A stretch of DNA of 61,507 nt, the filler included, from Sphacelaria rigidula (lineage: Eukaryota): NCBI GenBank assembly GCA_964200075.2. It is 9 parts of 9 records of this genome, joined end to end, with 100 filler letters (N's around TTAATTAATTAA, not from the genome) between each part and the next. Parts side by side here need not be neighbours in the genome. Positions count along the whole stretch, not along the records: positions 1 to 6,746 come from CAXNAA020018282.1; positions 6,847 to 13,592 come from CAXNAA020018283.1; 7 more parts are not named here. One strand, given 5' to 3'. The position numbers and the translations under genes are program-made. The notes under the pieces were generated by a model that did not search any database, was not told the DNA's origin, and was given only the letters and a program-made list of their open reading frames with translations. This document shows positions 1 through 12,660 of this stretch, one piece after another; within the stretch, counting starts at the first letter, position 1; each line of letters starts with the position of its first letter.

Positions 1-498
1 GGGGGGGGGAGTACTCATGGTCTTGCATGCCGGAGTCATGAAACCATTGACCTCGCATCCCTACAAAGCGGGGACGGAGCACGCCGGGTTTCGGCCGGAC
101 CAGGCTTCCAATCACCAAGCTCGAAGCGCCATGATGTCTTCGGCGAGTCGTATGAAGGGTGAGCTACATCCTACGAAGGTATTCGGTCCGAAGCGTACTG
201 ATTATCTTGCGTATGGATGACAGCCTCGAGTAAGTTGCTGCATTTTCTGGCACCGCCACTTCCAGAGACAACCACGGGTTACACTTTGCACGGGTGTCTC
301 GCCATATAAACACTGCGTAGTACGATCATCCCCCTGCCGTGGGGTTGAGCTTCTTCACCCCGCACAACATGATCCAGCTCGACCACCATCACGGTTACCG
401 AAAAAACTCAAGCGAGAACCCCCCCCCCGGTAAACTGGTTGCCTAGCTTACGCAGTGAGTGGCGTGTTTTGCGGCGTCGCTGTCAACCGTCGCAATCC
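1..498 (-). mobile_element. ~500-bp non-autonomous non-LTR element (family A, poly(C)-ended, RTE-like 3' end), near full length
   Basis: Aligns along its length with 2473-2972, 29537-29857, 32832-33333 and 54764-55079; the reverse complement ends ...CATGAGTACTCCCCCCCCC. Confidence 0.85.
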
Positions 499-577
499 AA
501 GCAAGGGGCGGGCGGGGGGCATGCTTCACGGCCCAGTCACACGATCAGTTGCGGTGCCTCTAGGTCAACTGATCTAT

Positions 578-700
578 TCATTTGATTGATAGTCGCACAT
601 TCACTGATTCCCGACGGAACCAGCCGTGGTTGTTATCGACAAGATAGACGTTCGTACCCAAGATGAACAAAGCCGAGACGCTCGCCGAGGATGAATAAAA
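578..700 (-). mobile_element. 3' fragment of (TCAA)n-tailed non-LTR element (family T), degenerate
   Basis: Similar to gattgattgtcgcactttaactgacccc...ccagccgtgg...gatagacg...gtacccaaga at 28173, 49407 and reversed at 48085, 51550. Confidence 0.65.
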
Positions 701-869
701 TGGACAAAAAACCAAAACAAAAGACGGAACAAACGGAGCAAACCGAGGAAAGAAAAAAAACGGGAGCAAACAAAGGAGGACTAAAACAAAACAAAAAACC
801 AAACAGAAGAAAGAAAAAAAGTACAAGGGAGGGAGAAGAGCTAGAGACAAATTCTACATAATATAGTTC

Positions 870-981
870 CTCTGCGGGCTGTTTGAGTTATGGGTGTGGG
901 TGACATGCTCCTTGCACTCTGTGACCACGGGTTCGAGACATAGAGCTAATGTGACGGATATAATAATAATAAATAATAATT
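870..981 (+). mobile_element. 3' end fragment of (TAA)n-tailed LINE-like element
   Basis: Inverted homolog of 1670-1795; ends gtgacggatata followed by (taa)n. Confidence 0.75.
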
Positions 982-1669
982 AACAGACGTGACCCGAATA
1001 AAACAAGTAACGAAGCAGGTCTAGATGAAGCAAAGCCTACCCAACTACCCCAAAACGTTCTGCGCACTATTTAAGCTGAACCAGCATATCTTAGTGCACT
1101 CCCTCTACAGCATGTTAACTCGTTTAGCGCTTTCCCCCTTGAAAACAAACTGCCACATGTCGGACAGCGCATGAGCTACCCGAATATTTTCTGTTACTAG
1201 TGCAATTTTTGCTCGTGCATTGATCCGAATCATAAGCTACCTCATTTGACCCTTCCCCCCCTACATTTGCTCCCTGCAGCCCTGCACGCCGAGCACGCCG
1301 AGTAGCGTAAAAGTAGCCCTTTGGTGTCTCGGACCCCGCTGTCACGTGTTTTGTGTCCTTCGCCAACGGATCTGAGAGGCCCCTTCGACTAGATATCTTA
1401 GGTAGCTCATGAGCTGTCCGATATGTTAAAACTTTCTCTCCCGATACTCGTAGCACAACAACCTACGCTACGGGACAACTCCCAACCCATCGTCACAAAG
1501 ATCACTGAAACACTTATTTCCCATGAAGCGACCTGTAAATACGGTGTACCGTATTCGTCCCCACACCTATTGCCATCGCTACCCTCACCATTTATTCAGC
1601 TGCCTTGTGACCGCCGCCATTTGGCAACATCCAGCGAAGGCAATATTATCAATATTATTAATGACCAAA

Positions 1670-2430
1670 ATTATTATTATTATTATTATCATTATAATTA
1701 TTATATCCGTCACATGAGCTCGATCTCTCGAACCCATGGTCATAGAGTGCAAGGAGCATACCACCTATACCCATAACCCAAACAGCCCGCAGAAGAAGGC
1801 AAGAAACGAAACATCTACACGAAAAAACTGCTTTTATTAGCAGAATTCGCCCGCAAAACGTTTTTGCTCTCACCTGGAACACGATCTGGATCGCCTTTTC
1901 CGTCTGCATGCTCATCCCACAGCTTTCTAGCGCAATCGTCGCTGCGGCCGCGGGCAAAAGCTCGCCGTCCGGAATCGCCTGTAGCCCCCCAAACCATCGA
2001 CCCCACGGGTCATCCTCCATCTCCCCTTCGCTCTCGCCGTCGGGATCGTTGTCGGGATCAGTCACCAGTAATTCTGCGTTCTCTGCGCTTGCCTGTCGTG
2101 GTGTGGCTGCTGTATCGCTCACGTCTCGCCCGTTTCCTCCTCCGAACCGATCCTCGGAACTGTCTGTTGTTCCCGATCCAGGTCCCGCGATGCCGGGCGG
2201 GGGCTGCCGTCTGCTGCCCGTAATGCTACGGTCATGATCCATCAGGAGTGTCCTCTCGCTATCGCCGGAGGCATTTTCAACGGATTCGTTCTCTTCCTCG
2301 CTGCTCCCGTCGTGATCCCGTAGATCGTCGAACAGTTCGAGAGCCTCCGCGCACAGTCCTTCACCGTTGCAGGCCTGACGGTTTCGGATTTTGTTTTTCA
2401 GCTGTTGCTCTTTTGGTTGGTTGGGTACTG
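1670..2430 (-). mobile_element. 5'-truncated (TAA)n-tailed LINE-like element (open frame running into the tail)
   Basis: Minus-strand ORF (DDPWGRWFGG...TIALESCGM...) runs into a 3' segment shared with 870-981 and a (TAA)n tail; no diagnostic domain visible. Confidence 0.5.
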
Positions 2431-2472
2431 CTTTACTTCCATGGTTTGTTTTTGCGCGTGGCGACCAGGGAA

Positions 2473-2972
2473 GGGGGGTTGTACTCATGATCTTGCATGC
2501 CGTCATCATAATAATGACCATTGACCTCGCATCCCTCCAAAGTCGGGACAGAGGACGTCGCACGAGGCTCGCAATCAATCATCAAGGGCGAAGCGCCGTA
2601 GTGTGTTCGGCGAGTCACATCAAGGGTGAGCTGCATCCTAAGAAGATTGTTAGGTCCGGAGTGTGTTGATTGCCTTGCATATGGCCGACAACCCCGAATG
2701 AGTTGCTTAATTTCCTGGTATCACGAGTTCCAGAGACAGCCACGGGTTACACACTGCCTCATAGGTGTCTCACTATTTGAGCACTACGTAGTACGATCAT
2801 CTCCTTCGCGCGGAGTTGATGACCTCCCACCCCGCACAATATGATCCAACTCGACCACCATTAATATCGTTATCGCAAAAAAGTGAAAGCAAGAAAAAAA
2901 TAAATAACGTGGTTGCCCACCTCACGTTGTGAGTGGCGTGTTCAACAGCGTCGTTGCCAACCGACGCCAACC
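2473..2972 (-). mobile_element. Family A non-autonomous element, full length
   Basis: Head GGTTGGCGTCGGTTGGCAACGACGCTG on minus strand at 2972; tail CATGAGTACAACCCCCC. Confidence 0.85.
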
Positions 2973-3465
2973 TTTCAAGGGAGACCGGGAACGAGGGGTG
3001 GAGGATGAGAAATAACACCCCATTTTCTCGGAAGCGATAGTTAGTCATGATTACTCTCTCATTCACGGCTACCAGGACTATCTTCCCAAAGATTATCGTC
3101 TGCACTGTATGTCGATATAGAGCGGTCTTCTGGCAGAGTACTGTAGGCATGCTCTGGGCCTTCTTTTCTTCAGCGGGGTACCTCAAAAGCATGATTTGTA
3201 TATTATGCACACAGACACACTTTCGTGCGTTACCGTTCACGGGGAAGCGAAGCTTTCGAAGTAAAACTACAAGTGTGACCTTGCGACGCTCTATCCACGA
3301 GACGGAGCAGCGGCAATAACTACGACCACTACTTTTTTTTTTCATTTTTTTTTACGATCTTCTTCGATCGAGAAAAAAGGCCGATCCATTTTTCTCATGT
3401 GATCTAATAATTCTCCGTTCACCATGTTTGTTGTACCCACATAAGTATGAGAGCATAACTACATC

Positions 3466-3486
3466 AACAACAACAATAACTACATC

Positions 3487-3559
<73 letters not shown>

Positions 3560-3560
3560 G
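3466..3560. repeat. (CAA)n microsatellite
   Basis: Long run of aacaac directly visible. Confidence 0.95.
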
Positions 3561-4876
3561 CGTAGATCATCAAAAATGATATAATCTATCAAAAACACTC
3601 AACTATATATTTTTGACGAGGAACAAAAAAAAATGAGACATGCATTTCCAACGAAGAGCCACATTTTGTCATTTCCAGTGCAACGCGAATGATTATTCAC
3701 TAATTCAATCACTGGTATTGGAAGAAAACCAGACTCAAGATAAGGAAACACGCACACACCCACCCACACCCAAACACGTGCGCATGCACAGACATACCTC
3801 CATAGCCGCCAGGAAGTCGGATGGCGATGGCTGCACGTTTTGGTTACGACATCGCTTGAGCAATGCGACACCTCTGCGCACACCGGCAGTCCCATGCTCC
3901 CCCGAGAACCACGTCTGCAACACTCTCGAGAGTGTAGGGCGTAGCATGCTTTTCACCTTGGACTAGGCAGTCGACCAATTAAGACAAGTTGCACATGGTA
4001 CGGACGAAAACAGCAATCAATCATCAACAACAACAACAAGGACAGCAACGTCAATACGGTCAGAGCAATTAAACATCATATCCACCTCGTCTTGTGAGTG
4101 TCGTCCCAGGACAGGCGGCACACGCGTCGACATGCTAATACCGCATTGTTACACCCAAAAACAACACTTGACAACAAAATTATAATGGTAAGGGTATCAT
4201 TTTTCAAACATCATTATTTTCGAGGCATTGCGTATTATTGCTTCCGCTGAGAATTCATGGGGGGGGGGGGGGGGCGGGGGTTGAATGATTGGGGCAGCAT
4301 TTTTACCAGGAAGTTACGACCTGGAAAAGACAAATATGAAATCAAGAACACCGGAATCACCACCGTCAACAACAACAACAACCAGCAACAAACACTACAT
4401 CATGACACCATGTCTCACAGGCATGAATGTCCGCAGTGAAGCTTCAAAAAGGCGCTCCGCCAGATCCGGTTCCTTCGCCCAGCACGCAGCAGCCACACCC
4501 TGAACGACAAAGACACGAAAAGCGGCGGCGCACAAAATAGAAAAAAAACGAGGGAGACGCGCGGCGCGCACGGGACGTACGCAAGAGACGGAAAGGGCAC
4601 ACACGTATACACATGACTGATGTGAAGAATAAAAAAGGAAAAAATGGGATGCCTGATCACCCGATCGATTAATTGATCTGATTAGCGTTGCAGAATGACT
4701 GACAAGCCTCGAATTCAGGCGGATGTGGCCACAAGATGGACGCACAGTACAGGGTCCCATCACAGAGTGGGGTCCCGCTACAGTGCGGGGGTTCGCCACA
4801 GTGCTGGGGTTCCAGCACAGAGCGGGGTACCAGTACAGTGCGGTGTGAATCACTTGTCAAAAATCAACTCCGCAGT

Positions 4877-5016
4877 ACTATTGTTAACCCTTGTGGAACC
4901 CACTGACGATTCTTGTTTTTGCGAATCGGCATCATTTCCAGTCATTTTCAAGTCCAAATGATGCCGATTAACAGAAACAAGAATCGTCAGTGGGTTCCAC
5001 GAGGGTTAGAAATAGT
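4877..5016. repeat. 140-bp near-perfect hairpin (MITE-like with TTAA-CCCT...AGGG-TTAG ends, or pre-miRNA-like)
   Basis: Arms 4888-4937 and 4956-5005 match at 46 of 50 positions as inverted repeats. Confidence 0.8.
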
Positions 5017-6746
5017 GATGTAGTAGTGTAGCGCAGGCTCCCAGTACAGTGCGGTTATGACGGGGTGGCAACCCACTGTATGCTGGGACGCGTCCTCACT
5101 GTGCCGTACCCAAGCTAGCTAGACGGAAAACAAAAAGTGCTTGCTTGCTGAAGGAAATGTGAAGAATTAGAAACAAGGGCAACCTCAGAGATGGACAAAG
5201 CAGCCCGAGCAGACTAACTGACATGGACGCCAGGAGGAGAAAATACGTGATGATCCCGACGAGAGAAGAAAAAATAAATCATTTCCATCAAAACATGGAA
5301 AATCGAATGTGATACTTATACGGTGGGTAGATGATCTCGGCGGAGAGATGGATTGTAAGTGGCCCTAACACAGACTTTTGAAATATAACATTCAAGTATG
5401 CTTGGGTTGTTGTGCAGGGTCAGTATTTGTATGGTTATATATGTCTATAGGTCCTCATGCTCAGGTGCGACTACAATGCACATATACCTTGTAGTGATTC
5501 CCGATTTCTGGATGATGACTGATGATTACTATCGAATGGACGAAAAAGGAAAGGAGTACACAAAATGATCTCACAATTTTCCTGATTTTTCATTATTGCA
5601 TTTTTTTTGCGACTCTTTTTTTTTCTTTTACAGTGCGTGCACGCCGAGTTTGCTTCGGCCAAATCCTATCGAGAGCCTACGGAAGGGTAAGGATACATAT
5701 ACATCTCCGGCAGAGATTCTTTTTTTGAGGTGAAAATCATGATGCTGATCCGATTCGACAGACGGACACAGCGGAGCGATTGAAACGGCGAGCTCGAGTT
5801 TCATACCGATGTCCGAATTATTCCTTGGACATGATAAAAATCCAGCGGAGGATTGTAACAATCGAGTCCGCGGGAAATTACTCTTCTTTTCCTCCTTGAA
5901 CACCATCTCACAAAATTGCTGTGGTTCCTGCTGTAAACTTGGGGAAGGAGCCCGTAATGATAAAAACGCACGCATTAATCGTCATTATCCATGTCAGGCT
6001 CAGCGGAAATCATCGTCGAGGACGCAAGCTACGGAAAAAAAAATCTCATGCACGTATCACCCCTGCCGTTTCACTAAAAAAACAAAAAAATGATCGCATA
6101 TGTTCGAGACACAACAGCGAACTACCTTTTCGCCGCAATAAATCTCTGATCATAATCCACACAGGGTTGAACGGTCATGTGCTCGTGCAGTACTGACGCA
6201 TCACCTGTTGGAGAGCTTTGCTTCCGGGGGTGCGGTTATCAAACTTGGAGGGCGTGACCAGAAGCACTTCCAGGACGTTGCACACGTGTGCTTTCTGCGG
6301 ACGTTGAGAAGCACAGCAAAGAACAATGATAGATAGGCGGACGCAGAGCCCAGAGACGCGTGACACAACGGCAGTGGACAAAATATGTGACGGAAACGAA
6401 CGGGCAGGAATGCAGAAATTGTGTTGTATCATTATCCATAAGTTGAGTGGAGACTTTCGACGATAGCCCCCCGCCCCAAAGTGGCTCGTTTAGGAAGGAA
6501 AAGTCTACAGGTGAATCGAAATGAAAAAAGACGAGCACAACGAGCAGCTGGGAATTACCACGCTTGGGTTCGTTTTCGCCAATGTCGCCCATATGAAGCG
6601 CTTCGTGCAGCGTGAAACCAAACATCTGGCGCTGTATAGCCATTCCCTTCGTGACACGTTTGAGCTTCTTTTTTTTTCGGGGGGGACACTTTCTACGATA
6701 GCCACCCCCCAAAACCAGCTAAAAATGTCACGAAAAAAATGGCCAT

Positions 6747-6846
6747 NNNNNNNNNNNNNNNNNNNNNNNNNNNNNNNNNNNNNNNNNNNNTTAATTAATT
6801 AANNNNNNNNNNNNNNNNNNNNNNNNNNNNNNNNNNNNNNNNNNNN
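6747..6846. other. Artificial contig linker
   Basis: 44 N + TTAATTAATTAA (stop codons in all six frames) + 44 N; recurs every ~6845 bp. Confidence 0.99.
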
Positions 6847-7145
6847 GGATTGGGCCGGTAGAGTAGTTATTGAAATCTCGAAATACCGTGGTATCGTAGG
6901 TATTGTAGGTATAAGTTTTGAAAATACCGGATTGAGCGGGTACGGTGGGTATTGAAATCTCGGAATACCGTGGTATCGTAGGTATGAGTTTTGAAAACAG
7001 CGGATTGAGCGGGTACTGTAGGTATTGAAATCTCGAAATACCGTGGTATCGTAGGTATCGTAGGTATGAGTTTTGAAAATACCGGATTGGACCGGTATCG
7101 GTACGGTATGTGATGTCCCAAATACCGGTACCGGGTACCTACCTT
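6847..7145. repeat. Tandem ~75-85-bp repeat array, about 3 units, at contig start
   Basis: Repeated ggtattgaaatctcgaaataccgtggtatcgtaggtat...gagttttgaaaataccggattgagcggg. Confidence 0.9.
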
Positions 7146-8090
7146 CTCTACGGTGCCTGTGGAAGAAATCGAAGCCAATAACTGTTGTGAGTTTTGTCCG
7201 CCTAGGGTCCCGCGCGTTTGGGTAGGATGCTTTTCGAGTTGCAGATGGACGATGTGCACGTTTTGTTGGTGTGCTCATGACTTTTTTCGCTGTGTGCGCT
7301 GACGGCTTCGTACATGCATGGCCATATACTGTATGTACAGTTGGCTGTATGTACAGCTGGCGCGGTCACCGTCGGTATTTTTCCGGTGCTGAGAGAGCAT
7401 ACATGCTGTTGGTCGCGGCTCATGCAAATATGATCTTGGACGTGCGACATGCGCGTGGCAAGCACCTCTTGTATGGAGGCTTTGGCTCTTCATCAGTAGC
7501 ACCTATTCCGAACCTCCCTCAATCTCCGCCCGTTAAGCGTCCAACAAAGATGTTAGCGTTCAAGAGGTGAACATAGATCGAGAGATATTTGCGAGGTTCG
7601 GTTTTTTGGTGAGATTTGCGGCCTAGAGTAAGACATCGGGATCAAGTGAAGGCCGCACCTCAAGTACTATACAAGAGCATTACAGGCGATCTACAGTAGA
7701 TCGGCATCTCAATGGTTAAAATATATAGGCCCGAGCCCAATTTACATTTTTCTGTTTCATCATTAGCTGGGCGCTCTTTGACCACCAGAGTACACGAGAA
7801 GCTGTCCCGCCGTCTACGGGCAATCTGCCTTGTGTACACATCTTTCTCGGAAGAGACACTCCGAGGCGAAACTGGAAGTAGCAACGGCTCACTAGCGATA
7901 CCTTCCGATAGTGACCAACCCTGGATCCAGCAAGGAGGCGTAACGAACATTTATGGTACTGTAGTAAAATGTAGAGGAGTAGCAACGGGACAGTACAGCT
8001 CACAAAAATAACTAAAACCTCACTTCTGACATTGCACCTTGCGTTACGAATGCCATTCTTGATCCTCCCGTGCCATGAAACCATGTGCTC

Positions 8091-8210
8091 ATGAGGAAAC
8101 AGCACAGCGGTACTACTGCAGTACATGAGCAAGAGCAGCGACAACAGCTATTACTAGCGCAAGGAAACATGGACGTGGATTTCTTTCACGATAGCGAGGA
8201 CGAAGACGAG

Positions 8211-8250
<40 letters not shown>

Positions 8251-8499
8251 TCAGCTATAGCGATGTTGTAAATGCAAACATTATTGACTGGAGCTTCGAG
8301 GCTCTGTCGCCATCGTCATCGAATCGCCCTGGTACAACGCCCTTGCCGGCGGCGGCACTGGCGGCGGCAGCAGCTGCAGTTGAGGCTCAGCAACATCAGC
8401 AACAGCTCGCCATTCTAGACCTTCCGCTGCGCGCTCTGCAAGACGCGGCGAGAGACATGAGGCCAATCGCTGTTGAGTCAGTGCGCGGAAAGTCATCAA

Positions 8500-8530
<31 letters not shown>

Positions 8531-9440
8531 AGCAAAGAAGATGAGGGCACCGGTTCCGAGCGACACAAACCTGTTCTCGGAGATGCTTCGGACGATACTA
8601 CTCCTACCGCCGTTAAAGAGAAGAGAACACCATGGCAACAGCGATGCTGATGATGGCATTGGCAGGACTTCTACCGCTACTGGCGATGGTGCTGGCGCTG
8701 GCGCTGATCTTTCAAGGGTGACGTCGGGTAAAGAGGCCAAGACAGCAAGGCCAAGCGACGGTACGGGTGTAGTGCAGGGATCACCTGCATCGTCAACGAG
8801 CGCAACGGTAATAGCGGCGGCGGCGGCGGCGACGCCGGGCGAACCCCGCCTAAGAGCAGCGGTGGTATCCACCGCAGAGATTCAGCGACCATTAGCGGTC
8901 GGTGGAGCGACCACAAGCACACAGCAAGTAATCTCCGTGCTCACACGCCTTCTCTCCGTGGATTGCCTCTCGGCAACGGCGTTGGCTACAAGAGCAGTCG
9001 AGCTAAGCACATCAACATCAACCGCCCCGCACCCGACTGTGTCTTCCTCCGCCGACAAGAACAACAAAAGCAACAGCATGGGATCATGGCCCGCCTCCAC
9101 GCTCCCCCCCGCCGCGGGCACCCCGAACGTGACGTCAGCCGCAGGCACGGCCGAGGCGGTGGTGGCGGCGGCGGCGCTGGTGAGGCAGTGGCGAAGAGCC
9201 CGCAGGGATGTGGCATTTGCAGTCAAGGCGGAAAAACGGGCGCTGGCAGACGCCAAGAAGCAAGTGACGGCGCTGCTCGCCGAAGATGCGCCCCGGAGAG
9301 TGTGCCAATACGCTTTTCGTAGGAACGATATAGTGTGGATATGCAAGGTCTGCCAGGCGGACGAGACTTGCGTACTGTGTAACGACTGTTTCCGGAACAG
9401 TGATCATAGAGGTCATGAAGTGTACTTCTACCACGCTCAG
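8091..9440 (+). CDS. UBR-box (N-recognin, UBR1/PRT6-like) E3 ubiquitin ligase, exon 1 (start ATG 8091 or 8169 uncertain)
   Basis: ORF ends in RVCQYAFRRNDIVWICKVCQADETCVLCNDCFRNSDHRGHEVYFYHAQ, the first half of a UBR-type zinc finger; donor CAG|GTGATC at 9440/9441. Confidence 0.9.
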
Positions 9441-9855
9441 GTGATCGGAGTTTCCAAGCGGCAGTGTGGTTAGTGGTTACTCTCTTGTGTTGAGACGTTT
9501 CCTTCCTCGAAGTGCCCCCCCTCCGCGTTGGTTCATCGTAGTCTGGTCGAAACAGTGCCTGGCTACTTGACCGTTGGCGCGCGAGGCCTACTGTACACTG
9601 TTCTACTGCTGTACCATGCACAGAGTCTGTCCGCCATGTCTACGGCGTGGCACAGGTACGCACGCGCTCAAGTCGTTGCTTTGCTCTGCTTTTTCAGGAC
9701 CCTCCGCGTTGAACGGATTTATAGAGTAGTTGCGTCTGGCTTTCCCCGTTTTCATTCCTATCTGAAACACAGCACGTATAGCTTTCCAAAAAGCACCATC
9801 TGCAAAGGTGCGCCGCCCTTTCCCCCCCTTGTACATGACATGGTGCGGGAGGAAG

Positions 9856-11200
9856 CGGGGGGGTGGGAGGGTGGGGCCGTCCTCATTCGTTGCTTGCCTC
9901 AGTAATTTGACCATTGACCACTCATTCCTTTCGAGACGGAGCACCGTTCCTACTCCTGATTAAGACACCTCCAACGTTTAGGTGCCCATTCCGCTTCTTC
10001 CATACATTATACAGAAACATTTTACATATCCTACCCCCGTCCTGTTTCGCCGCCTGTGGCCATCATCTATCTCCTAGTATACTCATCGTTTTCTCGCCAC
10101 TGTCTAATGCATCAAACGATTTCATCCCAACTTTGTTTATTTCCCGCATATCCCCCTTTAGCGCACCCCGTTCCCCCTTGTATAGTTCACATTTCACCAC
10201 TATATGAGTTCTACTCCTATTGCTTTGCAACAGTGGCAATTCTGTGCATCTACTCCCTCCTCCTCGGCTATGGGTTTATGTCTTTCTTGTTTCTGGCAAG
10301 TCCAGGTCTCCCACCCGAAATCGCAGTTTCAATTTTTTCGCTGCATCCATAAGGCCATGCTGATATGTTTTCATTTCTATCCCCTCTCTCAACCCCCCGT
10401 ATATCTTCAGGTGCTCTTCGTCATCTACTTTCCGTCCTAGCGCTTCTTTTCCCCTTATTTCTATCGTGTCTCTTACTCTTGTCTTGTACTCGCCCCATCA
10501 CCTATAGACAGTGTTTCGCTTTGGTTTCCTATTATCTCCTTTCGTACTTCTTCGACTACCTTATTCCACCTTATTACAGCCTGCGCTTTCGTCATTTTTT
10601 CCCGTACAGCCCTATCAACGATGTCTGGCAATCTCTTTCTTTTCATGATATTTATGCTGTATTGCCATTTTAATTTTCTCATATCTCCGTTTGTTTCAAG
10701 TGGGTACTGTCCCAATTCTACTCTCACAGCTGCATTACTCGTCGTTTTCGAGCATCCAAGTTCTTTCTTGGCTGCTGCTATTGGTACTGTTTCCAACTTC
10801 TTCAATAACTTCGCATTCCCCTCTCATACTTCTCCTGCATAATCTAGCTTTACTCGCTATGTTCTCGACCAATTGTTCCCATCCTCCTAAAATCTTCGCT
10901 CCTGTCCGATCCCCTTCCATTTTGGTATCAACTGTACCTACGCGTTACAGCAGCTCGAAGAATTTCGCTGCATTTTTGGTAATCTCTTGGAACTCATGCT
11001 GCCTTTTTTCCATTTGTAGTTCATCTATTCTCCATTTGTATAACTCCCTGCCCCACCTATTCCTTTTAGCTCTCGTCGGTTAACTTTCTGTCCACGAAAG
11101 GCAATGATCTGTAGTTTCCACGCCCTCTGCGAACACATGTCCTTCCATATCCATACTATCCGGGAGGGGGTCATCGTTCAGGACGGCTTTCCATCACCTG
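9856..11200 (-). mobile_element. Decayed, internally deleted RTE-like LINE, antisense in the UBR intron
   Basis: Homologous to 31830-32810 (YAGEV.EGNAK..KKLETV...AAKK.LGCSKTTSN); endonuclease-end-like ETTDHCL near 11110-11130; C-rich 3' end at 9856-9878. Confidence 0.85.
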
Positions 11201-11705
11201 TTGACGGCCGGAAAAGTGTCCATAGGACATACATGTGTGTGCACGAGATGTCCATCCATGTTCCATTGCTGTCGTGTTGTACCTCGGCTGAAGCTGTACG
11301 CTGTACATTGTGTGGAAGAGCTCTGAAATGGCGCGCCAAGGTTGTGGGCAGTGTGGGGGTAATGTACGATGATCCTTTTTAGTGATCGGCCGTGTCTCTG
11401 GTAGTATTGTTCGCCAAGGTACGTCGACTCGCGTTTCTTGACTTTCTCGGGTTTCGATTTATTACTGTTATTTATTATCATTATCGTCATCTTCATTGTC
11501 ATTACCATCACCTGTGCCACTATCACCATCACTATCATAATCCCATCGTCATTACCATTACCAGTACCACTATCACCATCACTATCATAATCATTGTCAT
11601 CATTTTCGTTATCGTTATCGTCATCGTTATTAGTTTCACTTGTTTGCATTAGCGTGATTTCCCAAACCCGTGGTAATAATGGGCGAAAATACGCGCGCAA
11701 CGCAG

Positions 11706-11811
11706 GCTGGCGGGTGCTGCGACTGCGGGGACCCCGATGCCTGGGATTCGAAGGGGTTCTGCGACAAACATGGTCTGGACAACTGTGATCCACTGCAGGA
11801 GCTCCCCGACG
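11706..11811 (+). CDS. UBR-box E3 ligase, exon 2 (gene continues beyond what is recognisable here)
   Basis: Acceptor cgcag|; encodes AGGCCDCGDPDAWDSKGFCDKHG..., completing the UBR box in phase with exon 1; donor G|GTAATA. Confidence 0.92.
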
Positions 11812-12149
11812 GTAATACCTCGCCCGTCTGTCTTGGGTTGTAGTAGGGCGACTACTAGTAACATTGTGTTGAACTAGCGATCATCGGAAAAGCGGACATC
11901 GCTGTATTGATGGTGTTACAGCGCTATATATATATCGAAACATCATCAAATGTATTAATAGCGCAAATGTCTCTCCGCTCGATACACAAATCGGTACAGT
12001 TGCGTCCGCTTTTTCCATACTTTTATTCGAATAAAAAATGTTTTTTTTCGGACTGATATTGTACACCAGACGCTCGGACTATTCCTGAGTCTACCAGTCT
12101 ATTCTTCAATCTATCCTTGCTTTTTTTCACGTGTCTCCATTTCAAGGCT

Positions 12150-12660
12150 CGGCATCACTCTTGCGTGCTTTGCGAATACGAAACGGCGCAGGTAAATAGC
12201 AGTCTTGAATACCCGTGAGATGGGTTCAACGGCGGTCACAGTTTTAAGGGTGATCTGGTGGGGGCTAACGTGGCATCACTCTTGCGTGCTTGGCGAAACA
12301 CAACAGTGCGCTCGGCGAAATACAACAGCGCGGAGAAACGGAAAATTATGTCAGGAAATTGTAACTGGAAGTTGCCGACGAAAGCTGTGCCATTCCGAAT
12401 TCAAAACGCGGAACAGTAACTCACCCAAAGTTTGTCATGACATCATGACCGCACTGTAGTACTATACGGCAATGTCGCACATACTACACTATTTTGTCCA
12501 GCTTCTAAACACACAGAAATTTTTAATCGCACGGGAATAATGGCAAATTGTCACGGGATATTGTAACGTTCCGTTGCCGAGGAAAACTTTGCCGTTCATT
12601 TCAAACCTTTTCCGAGATCAAGAGTTCAAAACGCGGAACAATATCCCACCCACAGTTTGG
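12150..12660. repeat. Imperfect local direct duplications
   Basis: ggcatcactcttgcgtgctt at 12151 and 12272; ttcaaaacgcggaaca...cacccaNagtttg at ~12400 and ~12625. Confidence 0.7.

Noticed and set aside
3352..3573. Poly-Val, poly-Ile, poly-Pro and poly-Gly ORFs (also 13645, 33969, 48546)
   Set aside because: These are translations of microsatellites and homopolymer runs.
6847..7145. CRISPR-like array
   Set aside because: Units are whole tandem duplications without unique spacers, no cas genes are present, and the context is eukaryotic.
9441..9473. UBR ORF ending at 9473 as a complete protein
   Set aside because: The zinc finger is completed by the exon at 11706-11811, so 9441 onward is intron.
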